Shown: one piece after another, positions 12,721-24,979 of the stretch
How the letters are laid out: every line of letters begins with the position of its first letter
Numbering within the stretch: the first letter of the stretch is position 1
NCBI RefSeq assembly: GCF_036321535.1
Contig: NC_087447.1
Span: 43,712,001-43,776,000, forward strand
Direction: 5' to 3'
Source of the DNA: Camelus dromedarius
Lineage: Eukaryota
Length of the DNA: 64,000 nt
The notes under the pieces: generated by a model
The model's input: the letters and a program-made list of their open reading frames with translations, nothing else
What the model was told of the DNA's origin: nothing
Databases searched by the model: none
Translations under genes and position numbers: made by a program

Positions 12721-13114
12721 ACATAGTTACTGTAAATTATATAGTGAAGAACAAGAACATCAGCTATTGCCTGTACTCTAGGCATGTTGGGCTTCTGTTC
12801 AGGAAGGCACTTCAGTGCATCCCTTCCTTATGTGATGAGAAGGTCCTGAGAAGTGAGAGGCGGCATTTAAAGTAAGAAGGTGCTAAACTGCTTTGCAGCC
12901 TAATGAAAGGCTGCAGGGAGCAGCGGGGAAGGCTGCCTGGGAGTTTCCAAGTGGCACCAGGCACATGGTGACAGGCCAGCCCAAGGTCAGAGACAGACAA
13001 CATGTGACTGATGATGGGAGAGGGATTATGTCTGATGGACTTTGGAAGTGGTGACTTCTGATACTGAATATTTGGCTTTAAGTTTTTTGGGTTTTTTTGC
13101 ACTGGAATAACCCT

Positions 13115-13466
13115 CATATAAGTTCACCATCCCTTGCCTGCAATTCTGAAACCCTAAAATGCTCTGAAAAAGAAACAAGAAAATCAAAGTTTGTTCTTTT
13201 TTTAAATAACATTGGTTCTAAACTTATTTGGCAGCAAAACCTGCCCTGAACTGGCAGGAGAATATGTATCTGTAACCCTTCTTTATCCCACTTCATGCGA
13301 ATATTCACAAGTTTTGCTGAAGAAACGGGAATGTTTCCTGCCCTGTATCTGCAAGAAACGGTATATATTATATGATACACACAGCCTCACCTTTCTCAAG
13401 TTTAAGTCCTGAGTTCTAAAATGCACCTGGACCCAAGGGTTTCAGACTGAGGGGCTATGGACCTGT
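13115..13466. mobile_element. MER46C/Tigger-like TcMar DNA transposon fossil
   Basis: Ends ...CCATCCCTTGCCTGCAATTCTGAAA and ...CCAAGGGTTTCAGACTGAGGGGCTATGGACCTGT resemble the terminal regions of this family. Confidence 0.55.
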
Positions 13467-13924
13467 CACTTTCTTGAGGTGTCATAAAATGTTCTTTAAA
13501 CACCGCAGCCTGAGTCAGCAGAGCTAACAGGAAGGGAGGGAGGGATCAGTATCCACGCCAGAGGTAAAGTGAGCCAGGGAGAGGCAGCTGCACACAGGTG
13601 GGCAGACAATGGCCAGACGGGACTGGAGAGAAGCCAGACAAGAACCGTAAAGCCACAAGGACAGTCACAGCCAGAGAGTTCCTCTCTAGGGAGGCAAAGG
13701 GGGATCCCTCTGCTGTGGGGAGAGAGAACCCCACCATCAAAGCCATCCCCCAGCAACTCCCGATCCGGTTAAAAGAGGGCACGGAGGAGCAGGTGGGGAC
13801 TTCTGTTAACAGGGCGAGTCTGAGAGGACCACCAAGAACGGTCTTCAGACAGGGGAGGGACGAGGAGAGGTTTTCAAACCTGTACCGGTTCAGGCCCACC
13901 CGAAACCCATCCAGCAACCTTCGC

Positions 13925-14432
13925 CTTCCTCTCTGGGCAGTATTGTTGCTGCCATGATGCATTACCACAAACTTAGAGGCTGGCAACAACACAAATTCAT
14001 TATCTTACAGGTCTGGGGGTCAAAAGTCTGAAATGGGTCTCACCGGGCTAAAATCAAGGAGTTGACAGGGCTGTTTTCCTTTCTGGAGGCTCCAGGGGAG
14101 AGCCGAGTTTTCCAGCTCCCAGCAACTGCCCGAATTCCTTGGCTCTTGGCCCTTCCATCTTCAAGGCCAGCAGCAGGCGGGTCGAGTCCTTCTCCCACCA
14201 CTTCACTCCCGACACTGACTCTTCTGCCTCCTCCTTCCACTTATAAGGACTCCAGTGATTACCACTGGGCCCAGCTGGATAACCCACGCTACTCTCCCTA
14301 TTTTAAACTCAGTTGATTAGCAACCTTAATTCCAGCTGCTACCTTCCCCTTTGCCGTGAAAGGTAACTTACTCACAGGTTCTGGCAATGAGGACGTAGAC
14401 ATCTCTGCAAGGCCATTAGTCTCCCTACCACA
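13925..14432 (-). mobile_element. MLT1 (MaLR) solo LTR, MLT1C-like
   Basis: TTACCACAAACTTAGAGGC...ACAAATTCATTATCTTACAG...TCTGGAGGCTCCAGGGGAGA...CCTACCACA. Confidence 0.8.
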
Positions 14433-14789
14433 CTGGTATGAGTATATTATTAAAGAACCCCAGGCAGACAGCCTACATAATGAAAATGTTGAACAACACA
14501 TATAATGAACATAAGAAAGAATTCTTCACTGTTCAGAGGAAGACACAGGGATAAGACTGTATTGACAGATTCCCGAACAGGAGTAGCCACGACATCCGGG
14601 GTGTCATCATATCTGTCTCATCACAAATGACTTGACCTCCAGGAAGGAGTTGCTCAACCTCCTTGGTCTGCGGTTTCCAACATCAACCTCGCCCTTCCAA
14701 TTTACTGGTCCTGTTCCTGTCTTCCTACCTCTGCGCATACTTTGCAATTCTGAATCAGATCTACAGGACTCTAGTTTGAGAAGACTGCA

Positions 14790-14881
14790 GGAGTGGGTGG
14801 TATAGCTCATTGGTAGAACGCCTGCTTAGCATGCACGAGGCCCTGGGTTCAATCCCCAGTACCTCCACTGAAAGAATGAAA
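14790..14881 (+). mobile_element. tRNA-Ala-derived SINE (camelid Vic-1-like)
   Basis: tRNA-Ala(AGC)-like body with A and B boxes, A-rich tail, TSD AAGACTGCA at 14781-14789 and 14882-14890. Confidence 0.9.
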
Positions 14882-15619
14882 AAGACTGCATCCCAGCTTT
14901 CACCCCTAAACTCAGCTTAGGTAATCACGTGCTCCCTCTGGCTCCCCAGCCCTAGAGTGGTTGCATTCCAGATCACTTCCTCATTGGATCAGATTCTCAC
15001 CTTTCCCATTCCCAGACATTACTAGTCTCTTAAAGTTGACTGGCTTCTCACCACAGGGAAGGAGATGGGTCACCAAAGCCATATATTTACAGCTTTGGTG
15101 ACTCATCTGTTTCCCTTAGAGACGAGCAGGGGTGCAGGACTGATCTAGAGAGAGCAGGAGAAGGAAAGTCAGGAAGCCTGAATTTCACTCAAGGGATGGG
15201 AAGGATTTCTAGGGCAAGGAGGTCAGAAGAGTAGAGGCAGCAATAAAGGCATAGATGAGATGACAAGGTTCCAGTTTCTCAGAAGAAACGAGGGGTTCAG
15301 CCGAAAATGGAGAGCCCAGCTAGGGATTATGGCACAGTCAACTGTACACATACTAACTGGGGAGGAAAAAATCTTCCACATTTGCTCCTCTCGGGGAGTG
15401 ACTGGGGGTGCACAGGCAGGCTGAGGCTCTACAGCTTAAGCTGCGCACCTAGGCCCTTCCCTCTGCTGGGAAGGACCGCCACCCAGCGGCGGTTGGCTAA
15501 AGGCAGACAGGAAGCAAGAAAGGCTGGACGGGACACAGATGAAGTAACAGCCCTGGGCAGTGGGGGCATCCCGTGGGCTCCGTGATCATGTTCCCCACCC
15601 AGGCTAAGGGCCGACTCAC

Positions 15620-15834
15620 CAAACTCTCCTCGAAGCACTCCTTTATGTAGGCAGCGGTGGGGCCTGGGATCTGGCTCAGGAGGGCTGCTCTCTCCTGAGG
15701 ATGCTCTAGCATCTCCAAGGCCAGCCTCAGGTCCTCAACGAGATGGAGCACCGGGAAAGGATTCATGTAGGAGCCCGGGGAGGCCAGTCCAGGCTCACAG
15801 GTACCATCGCTTATATCCGCCCCTGTTTTAGTGC
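15620..15834 (-). CDS. PPFIBP2: PPFIBP2 exon 3 (215 nt): (G)TKTGADISDGTCEPGLASPGSYMNPFPVLHLVEDLRLALEMLEHPQERAALLSQIPGPTAAYIKECFEESL
   Basis: Acceptor cctgcctctctctcgttcCAG| and donor TTG|GTGAGT. The phase matches exon 2 (G|GC = Gly22). 64+215 = 279 nt = 93 codons, ending in phase 0. Peptide matches liprin-beta-2. Confidence 0.97.
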
Positions 15835-16198
15835 CTGGAACGAGAGAGAGGCAGGAACTGCGGTAAGAAGGGTAGACACCATGGGCAAGAAACGTAACGA
15901 GCAAATGTAGTGAAAGGGGAGGGGAAAGGGATGAATAAGGAGCCTAGAAGACCACTCCTGCCTCAGGAGAATCACTCGCAAAGTGAACTTTGCAGAAATC
16001 ATCTGTCATCCTGGGCTGGGCATGATAGCAGAGACCTGTCAGAGGCGGATGACTGTGCCCAGTGGGACGGAAGCTCACACCCTTAGACAACTGGTAAAGC
16101 ACAGCCCGACCTCACCAGGGACCAAAGACAAGCGCACTAAAACGATGCGATGCCATTCTTCGGCTTTGAGGTGTATCAGCTTGTCCTGTTTTAGTTAA

Positions 16199-16360
16199 TG
16201 TGGTAGACTGCATAGATAGCCACCAAAAGTTCACCCCATCCTCGTGTGTGCACTCTACTCCCCTCATCCTGAGCTGGTTTCTGACCCGGGGAGGGAGTCA
16301 AGTGACTTGCTCTGATCAATAGGATGCAGAGGAAGTGATGTGTGCTGGTCCTGGTGAGGG
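16199..16360 (+). mobile_element. Old MLT1 (F/H-like) LTR 5' fragment
   Basis: TGTGGTAGACTGCATAGATAGCCACCAA...GTGACTTGCTCTGATCAATAGGATGCAGAGGAAGTGATG. Confidence 0.55.
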
Positions 16361-17769
16361 CTGAGTGAACTGCAATCTTCCTGCATCTTCCCGGCTGGGA
16401 GATGTCTGCATCCTCTGACACACTCACACTATTGTCTTGTATTTATTACTGTGTGTATCCACATCTCATCTCCCCACTACAGGCTGTGAAGTCTCTGAGG
16501 GTAGAGCCCCTGTCAGTTAGCCCAGCTCCCAGCATCACGCCCACTGCCCAATAGATGGGGAAGGGGAATCTGACTGTTTCTATATATGCTTGCATGAATA
16601 GCTAAGGAGAAGAGGGCTTGGATTTCCACAGAGATCTGGGATATCGGGTCAGCTGTTTCTAAACTGACATGTTCTGAATAGGACTGTTTCTGCCTTTCTA
16701 AAACCTACCATTAAAGGGGGAAAAAAAAGTCTTCTTTGCGTAAGTACAGTGATAAAATTTTCAAACCAAAACTGGGGCAACACAGTCCAACAAAGGATTT
16801 CTATGCTTCTTCCATCAGTAAGAAACCCTTTAGAAAATATGGTTCATGGTAGAATTTCTAGGGCAATTGGATTGTTTATATAGCCAACAGAATCAAATAT
16901 GTGAAATCAGGACTCTGCTGGAAATGCATGCTGTAGGGCTACCACATCCACGGTTACACTGCAGGGCCGACCTCTAATTCCAGGTTCCTTTACCCTTTGA
17001 AAAGCCAACTTCCCACTGCCATGGCAGTCTTTGGAATGTGAAATCCACACAGAAGGAAACAATTACTATTTGATTGCCGGTTTGCTTTCTGAAAGTGCAG
17101 GATAGAGAGAATCGTGGATCACAATCCACAAACAAGTCCGTGGCTCTGGGGAGCTAGGAAACGGCCCCATTACACACACTCTGATGTGTACTCAGCACTT
17201 TCTGGTTCCTACAAATCCAATTTAGAGTTGACCAGGAGGGGCCAGAGCCAAAAACTTCAGGAAAGAAAATGGACAAAAGCAGGGCAAGACCCTCGATCTC
17301 CAAACAATTGCTAAGTAATCCCTCTCCATCCTGGACACACTCCAATACACGCACACATACACACACACCCCTTTATAAATGTAGGCTAAGTCAGGCTAGG
17401 AGTAGATGGGAAGACTGAGATTTTCATTAACTTTATATCACATTATGGCCTTGGACAAGTCCCTTCCATTCTCTGGGCCCCTCCCTGCCCTATAGCTTTG
17501 AGATTCTTCCTTACTATTCAAACTGTGTGTTTGTGTGTATATGTGTATGAGTGCATGTGTATCTGGGCCTATTTTTGCATGTGGGCATACATCGAAGGCT
17601 AATTTCTATTTCTTTAACATCAACACACAGGCTCACGAAACGGGCCAGAATGGGGAAACTCCTAAGGCATAGTATTAGCAAGGGCAAAAATCACCCAGAG
17701 GACTCAATTCCACACTCCACACACACTCCCTACAGATGATTAGCTCTGATGGAAAACCCACAATCACAG

Positions 17770-19070
17770 AGGGAAATACATCAAAATAGGACTATCACAT
17801 GCAACAAATAAGAAAACGCATAGCCTTATACCTGGGTTTAACAAAACAATACGAAAGAGACAATGACATAAGGCAACATGTTGATCCCTAAATTACTTCT
17901 CAAAAAAGAGGCGCTCACCTCATATTCAAGCCCTAATAAAGTTTCTCTTTGGGGGCAATCTCTCAACTACTTTATCTCGAACAACAAAGCATTCTTTAGA
18001 GAAGATAGATTAGCACAAAGGTTTTCAATTATAGATGCACATTGAAATCACCAGGAGAGTTTTACAAACTACAGGTGCCTAAATCCCACCTCCTGAGGTC
18101 CTAATTTGATTAACCTGAGGCTAACCTGAGAGAACAAATATGCATAGTTTACTGCACAGGAACCATACTATAATAAAGGTGTTTTAAAAAAGAAACAACA
18201 ACATAAAATGGAGAAATAAGCACGCACACACACACCTACACACTAGTAATTATAATTATTATAAATGCATTAAACTCATCTATTTAAACTCAAAAATACG
18301 AATAGTAAAACAAAGAAATTCAGTTATTTGATTATTAAGAGAGAATACAAAGTTATGACACAGAATGAGTAAAAGGTAAAGTGTTCAAAAAGATAAAATG
18401 AAGGATTTCATACACTAGAGTAGGTACTTTGATCAAAATATTAAAACCAGTCACATATACACAATCACTGAATAAAATGATGAAAAGCAAACAAAAAATC
18501 TGTATAGTCCTATTAAAAACTGAACCATAATTTAATATTTATTTCACAGATATAATGCCAGGCCAAATGCTTTTACAAGTTAGCTCCAGCAAACGTTCAG
18601 GAAGTGAATAATTCTAATCGAACACCTGTGTTCAGTGTAGAAAAGGAAGGCCTGCTCCCAGCTCTCTCAATAAGGAGAGATATACCTACCAATATAACTT
18701 ACAGATCAGCGTGTGAATGGTGCCCCCTGGAACTGAACAATTGGGCAGTGCTGAGTACCACAAAGGGAAATTATAAGCCTTCTCACTGATGAACTTATCA
18801 AACTCTAAACAGAAATTTACAAAACCAAATCACCCAGTGTTTATAAAAAAGATAACACATCATGACCCTCTCCCTTGGGAAATGACAGATCAAGCAGACC
18901 CAAAAAGAAAAAACAAAGTGATGATGTATCAGAACAATAAAAGAAACATAAAGAACTATGCCCTGAACAACCAGAGATGGCCCATTCTATTCAAGCACAT
19001 ATAAAGCATTTTTCAAAACTGACCTCAGACTAGGCCACGCAGGAAGTTGCAACAGAAATCAAGAGTCACT
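17770..19070 (+). mobile_element. Scrambled old L1 fragments with a MER5-like piece (about 18014-18115)
   Basis: A-rich degenerate L1 ORF2/3'UTR-like segments. Boundaries approximate. Confidence 0.55.
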
Positions 19071-19454
19071 ATGATGGGTCCAATTCCAGCCTCCATATTT
19101 CTGTGGGAGGGGAGAGTGGTTTCCACCTGCCTCCCCTCACTCAGTTTGTCCTCAACGGAGGAAGACCTCCTCTGATGACAGAGCTGGAAGATGGAATTCT
19201 CTCTGGAGCTGCCCGTCCCTGTGAACAAGCACTGCCCTCTGAGGAAGATGTCTGAGACCAGCTCTGCCCCAGCAAGGTGGACGCCTAATAGTGTGGAATT
19301 AAGTTCCATTTGGGGTATGTGCCTTACTTTCCTAATCACTAGTTTCCTAAAAGCTAATGTTGAAGCTGATATTTTGATCTTCTGTCTGACTTGTCTGTTC
19401 CTTAATTAAAACCAAACTAAGGAAGGGAATAAAGGAATGTTATTTATCGATCTT

Positions 19455-19850
19455 TGTGATAGACAGAATAAAGATCCTCCCAAAGAGGTCCACATCCCAA
19501 TCCATGGAAATTATGACAGTGTTTTTTACCTAATGTGGCAAAAGGGACTTTACAGATGTGACTGAGAATCACGAGCCCCAGAAGGCTGTGGAGGAAGTTA
19601 AACTACACACTGAGAGACAGAGGCTGGGATTAGGGTAACTTCCACAGCAGGCAGACCCTAAGGCACTCCTGGGATTCGACCCCAGATGGTTATGCCCTAT
19701 GTAGTCTCCTCTCTGAGAGTGGCATTATCTTGGATTTTTAATCACATGAGCTCATAAATCAGAAAAGGAAGGCAGAAGAATGAGTCAGAGAGATGTGACA
19801 CTGGCTTTGAAGATGGAGGGCGGGACTGCGACCCAAGGAAGGGGACAGCA
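19455..19850 (+). mobile_element. MLT1D-like LTR fragment, interrupted
   Basis: TGTGATAGACAGAATAA...CCCAAAGAGGTCCACATCCCAATCC...GGCAAAAGGGACTTTACAGATGTG...CTGGCTTTGAAGATGGAGG. Confidence 0.65.
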
Positions 19851-21033
19851 TTATAACTGCAATAGGGCAAGTGATGACAGACTAAGTGCACTGAGAAAAA
19901 CCCCAAAGAACATGCCCAAAATTCAAAAACACACATACATACACTTTCTAAAGCAACTGAACTGAAGGAAATTGTCAAAGCTCAGTACTTCAGAAGAAAG
20001 GGAGCATCTGAGCTAATGTCTGATCTGTAGATCAATTGCCTGATGATCTGACACCTGAGCTTGAATGGGCCGTTTGAGGACAGGAGACAAAGCGCAGGGC
20101 CTGAGCAAAAGAAGAGGTCAGATGGGAGACCACTGCATAGAGCTAGGACGCAAAAGGGCAATAAATACCCTCAGTCAATCAGCTAGAAAAAAATCTCCCC
20201 ATAGAAGGAAACTTGGCCTTGATTCTGGACTAAGAACTCAAACAGTTCAATGTTTTCAAACATTAAAAGAGGGGTGAGGGTAGCACAGAAAGAGAGGCAC
20301 AAGTAAAATCTAAAAATAAAATTGGTGAACAATGGTCAGATGGACTAGTCATCCAAATGTATACAGACTAAACTGGCCAGTTAAAATTAGACAGATTTTG
20401 TCAAGTTGGTTAAAAAGTAAAAAGGCATCTAGATTCCATGGGCAAAAGATACACCCAAAACAAAAGCACATCGAGAGCTTGGAAGAAAAAGGATGGAAGA
20501 CAACAATGCCAAAAATAATAAATAAACAACCAAAAGAAAGTTGGGACAGATAGATTAACATTAGGCAAAATATTCTTCAAGGCAGAAAGCATTGCTAGAG
20601 ATGAAGTGTTACTATATGATGACAAAAAGCATTTGCCACAAAGATGTAATTCTACAAGTGTATTCATATAATAAAAACACAAATTCATAATATAAGGCAA
20701 AATATCCAGACGTATACAGAGACAAAATACACCATCTGGTAGAATAATTTTAATACGCATTTCTCAGAAACTGATCAGATTAAGAGGACAGAAAAGATCA
20801 GTAATGACAGAAAAGGTTCAGACAAGCTGGATTTAATGGGCAAATGCTGAACACGCACCTAACTGGAAAAATGCACACACCTTGCAAGTACACATGGAAC
20901 ATTCATGAAAACCAACCCTGTTCTAGTCAAGGCCACAAAGCAAGCATCAACAAATTCCAAAATGTAAGTATCAGAGACCACTTTAACCACAACACAATTA
21001 AGTTAGCAATCAATTTAAAAAATATATTATCAG

Positions 21034-21163
21034 AAGAGGGTATATAGCTCAGTGGTAGAACAGTGGCTTAGCATGCACGAGGTCCTGGGTTCAATCCCCA
21101 GTATCTGCATTAAATAAATTAAAAAATTAAATAAAAACCTAATTACCTAAAATATATATTATT
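21034..21163 (+). mobile_element. tRNA-Ala-derived SINE inserted in an old L1
   Basis: TAGCTCAGTGGTAG...GGTTCAATCCCCAGT body, tail with ACCTAATTACC, TSD ATATATTATCAG at 21022-21033 and 21164-21175. Confidence 0.9.
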
Positions 21164-21292
21164 ATATATTATCAGTTCATTTGTTACTTGAATTTATTTG
21201 TTCTCTTTCAAAACCTAAGTAGAGAAGAAAATGATAAAGAACAAATATTCAAAGAAGTTAAACATGAATATACATTAAGCATAGATACATAC

Positions 21293-21778
21293 TGCAATGG
21301 TAATTTTATCTGTCAACTTGGCTAGGCCATGGCACTCAGATATTTGGTCAAACATTATTCTAGATGTTTCTGCAAAGGTATTTTTTAGATAAGAGTCACA
21401 TTTAAATCAGGAGACTTTAACTAAAGCAGATTTCTCTCCATAATGTGAGTGGGTCTCACCCAATCAGTGGAAGACCTTTAATGAAAAAAGACTGACCTTC
21501 TGAAGAGGGGATCTGCCAGCAGATGGCCTTAGGGTTTGAACTGCAACAGTGGCTCTTCCCTGGGTCTCCAGGCTGCTGGCTGACCCTACAGACTTTGGAC
21601 TTGCCATTCCACAATCATGAGAGCCAGTTCTTTAAAATAAATCTCTCTTTCCCTCTGTCTCTGTCTCTTTCCCTCTCTATACATACATACACATACGTGT
21701 GCGCACGCGCGCGCACACATACACACACACACACACATATTATTGGCTCAATTTCTCTGAAGAACCTGGACTAATACA
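21293..21778 (+). mobile_element. MLT2-type (ERVL) solo LTR with internal CT/CA microsatellite
   Basis: Starts TGCAATGGTAATTTTATCTGTCAACTTGGCTAGGCC and ends TTTCTCTGAAGAACCTGGACTAATACA, characteristic MLT2 termini. Confidence 0.85.
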
Positions 21779-24319
21779 CATTTATCTATTTGCAGAATAA
21801 ATAATATACACATATTCTATGGTGACTGATCAGCCAAAACAAAAGTCAATTCTTTGAAAACAGTAATAACAAAGATGGTCTCCAGTAAGACTGATCAAAA
21901 AGTAGAAAGCAGACACAAATAAGCAGTATTAGGAATAAATACAGATATAATGTATAGCAGATCTCAAAAAGGTAAAGTGCGAAAGCCACATGTAACAAAA
22001 TGGAAAACACTGGTAAAATACACAGATATCTAGAAAATTTTAACTTGCCAAAATTCAATCGAGAAGACATTAAAACCTGACTGTCCATAACCATTAAAAA
22101 AAGACAATCTTCCAATAAGAAAATACTAGGTCCACACAGTTTTGTAGGTCAGTTCCTATAATTACAACTATAGAGAGCATTTTAGGAACAAACGATAATT
22201 CCAATTTTACTCACACTTTCAGAGAAAAGAAAGTGAGGCTACGGAGCCACAAAGGAGTGAGGGGCGGGCTCCGCTGGCCAGGGAATTCCCAACACCAGAA
22301 GGATGGCTGCTGGACAGGGCTCACCACCCCACTGTGGGGCCTTCTGATGCAAAGGGCAGTCTTTGACATCTCAGCCCGCTAGACACCTCCAAAACTCTGC
22401 CCTGACTCTCCTGGGGTCAAGGTCAGAGCAGAGCAGTCTCAGCCTGAGTCCTGACTGGGAACCAGGAGGCCGGGTTACTGATGATTGCTCTGGGCTGATT
22501 CCCCCGGGAGAGGGCGGGGCCAAGACCAATGAATTGTTCAGAGCCCCAACTCAAAGGCAGCCTTTAACGTCACAGCTGAAATCAATCATGGGCCAAAGTG
22601 AGTAACCTTAGTCTTGATCTGAACTTTCTCTGCCCCCACACAATCTTTAAAAATAAAAAAAACCTCAAAACAAAAAACAGATACTAATCAGAGTTGGCAG
22701 AATCGCCCAGACAGAGCAACCTCTTTGTTTAACTGTCATCAAACAGACTCCTTCTAACTATTCCTCAACAACAGGTAAAGCTTGCAGGAAACCATATGAC
22801 TAACCTCCGGCCACGAGGAAGAAGAATAAGGAGGTTCTCTGGTCCTATGAAACATGTGGCCTCACAAAGCAGCCACTGACCCTGTTAACCCACACATTAA
22901 GCCCTACGCAAAATTAGCATTTGTGGCCGTTGCTCTGGGCCATCCAGAGGGATGTAATTAAGCAATCTAGAGTTCAATTGCAATCGTCAACAGTGTAATT
23001 CAATTATGGTGTTATTTGCAGGCCAAAGCACAGTGACTACTTAGGAGGGAGGGAGACTAGTTCAAAGGTTAACATCATACTGGAAGTTGATAATGGTCTT
23101 TTGTATTAGAAACAAATCATTTTGACAAAAGTCCTGGGTCTTTTAACAGTCACCTCTCCCCAGCTTTCTGCATAAAATTCTCAGGTTCTAATTAAGTGCA
23201 GTCCCATTCAGGATACACCCATTTAAGGTCTCAAGAATTCAACTTTGCAAGGAGTTTCACTCACCACTTCTGCTTCATTTCCTACTTCTGCTTACAAGGC
23301 ATTTCCTTTTCTCACACCTCCAGAGACGATGAGTGACTGGAGATGAGGGTCACCCTGCGTAGCTCTGAGAGGGAGTATTTGGCACTTATGTATCAGGACA
23401 TCCTCTGAGCATCCCTGGCCTGGTTGCTTCTACAAGTGAGAATCTCCTGCACTGTTTGCACTGTTGACATTGATTGGAAGAGGGGGGCACCTTTTTTGCA
23501 TTCAAGGCTTAATTACATAAACATTGATATCACGTGCCCTAGGTAAACTTTTTGGAAAGTTTTGCAAAGTGTAGAGTAGCCTATCATACTAGACAGTAAT
23601 TAATAAAGGGAAATTCCTTGTTATCGTGTGTTATGATTAATAATCAACACTGAAGGATTTGTGTCCATTTTCATAGGAATCCACATTGTTTCTTGCATAA
23701 AAGCCTGCTATTTGAGGCATAATATAGGAATCCCATAAAAATTTCTTCCACTGAAATAAGTGTCATTGTGTTTTCATAAAGTGAGAGAATACAGTCCTTG
23801 GGCACTCGTTTGAGTATTTTAACAGATGCAAAAGCAATTGCGTGTGGGAGGGAAGTGTTGGCAGCACTACTACTTGACATCCTTCAACTTCACATTAATG
23901 AAAGAACAGAAATAAAGAATGATTTAAATGTTCACACAAAAAAAGTCACTTCTGCAGGATCTGTGTATCATGCTGGGGTGCCCACAGTCTTCAAACTTTC
24001 CTTCAGCTGCTCCGCCCTTAAACAAAGGAAGCTGCTCTTGGAAGTCGAAGGTGTAAGAAAAGAGACCAAAGCCACTGTGGCCAAGGGACCAGGAGCAGGA
24101 CTGGACCCTCCTGGTTAACTCTGCTCCTGCAGATGGCCCACAGACCCCCGGCGCTCAACCACACATCACCATGAAACCAACCCCCGGAATGGAAGGAGCC
24201 CAGAAGAGACTCACAAGGTCCTGGACACAAATCTTAGCTCTGCTGTTTATCAGCATGAGAGCTGGGGTGGCAAAAATAAAGTCAATCTGAATATCAACCA
24301 ACCAAAGACTAACTTAGAC

Positions 24320-24525
24320 CAACCAAGCACTGTTCTAAGCACCTTCTTTCCCTTAATTTAATCTTCCCAACAATAGAAGATGGGTACTATTATTACCACT
24401 GCTTTATATATGAGGAAACTGAGGCTCAGAGCAATTTGCCCAAAGATCCCACAGCTGGTAGTCAGTAGCTAAGCAGGGATTCAAACCCCAACAGTCCAAC
24501 TCTGCAGTCCACACTAATAACCACA
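24320..24525. mobile_element. MIR SINE
   Basis: Core GGTACTATTATT...ATGAGGAAACTGAGGCTCAGAG...TTGCCCAAAGATCCCACAGCTGGTA...GGGATTCAAACCC. Confidence 0.8.
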
Positions 24526-24979
24526 AAAACCCCTCAGATCTTTGGCCCCATTTGGGCCAGCCAATTTGAAAATGAGGATGTTATTAATAATCTGAAGTAA
24601 AAGTATCCCATACATAATTCAATAATTATCATTCTTTTCATCGCAAACAGCAGAGAACATATGCCCTCCAGACACACACTAATAACCTCAGTGTTGAATT
24701 ATCTGCCAAATAGCTCCTGTCAAACGTCTGTGTGAGCCAATTACTGCTTAAGAGATGGTTCACAGGATGCGCCAACCCCCAGAGCCTTCAGAAAAATTAG
24801 CGAGTTGTTATTCCAAAAGAATCAGCCAAACAAAGGCATGAGTGGAGAAAATAATCCACAAGGTTCAGTCCACAGCCAGATAGAGGACAGGTACAGAGAC
24901 CAACAGCCACCTCCTCATCGATGTAAAGGGGAGCTTACTCACAAAAGTAAATAAAATCCAAAGCGACAAATACCTGATG

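Larger units (their letters stand above)
20200..22230 (+). mobile_element. Old L1 (L1M) ORF2 fragments, interrupted by a SINE and an MLT2 LTR
   Basis: A-rich plus strand with degenerate ORF2 endonuclease-region motifs (GGCAAAATATTCTTCAAGGCAGAAAGCATTGCTAGAGAT; GGCCACAAAGCAAGCATCAACAAATTCC; GTCAATTCTTTGAAAA). No intact ORF. Confidence 0.7.
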
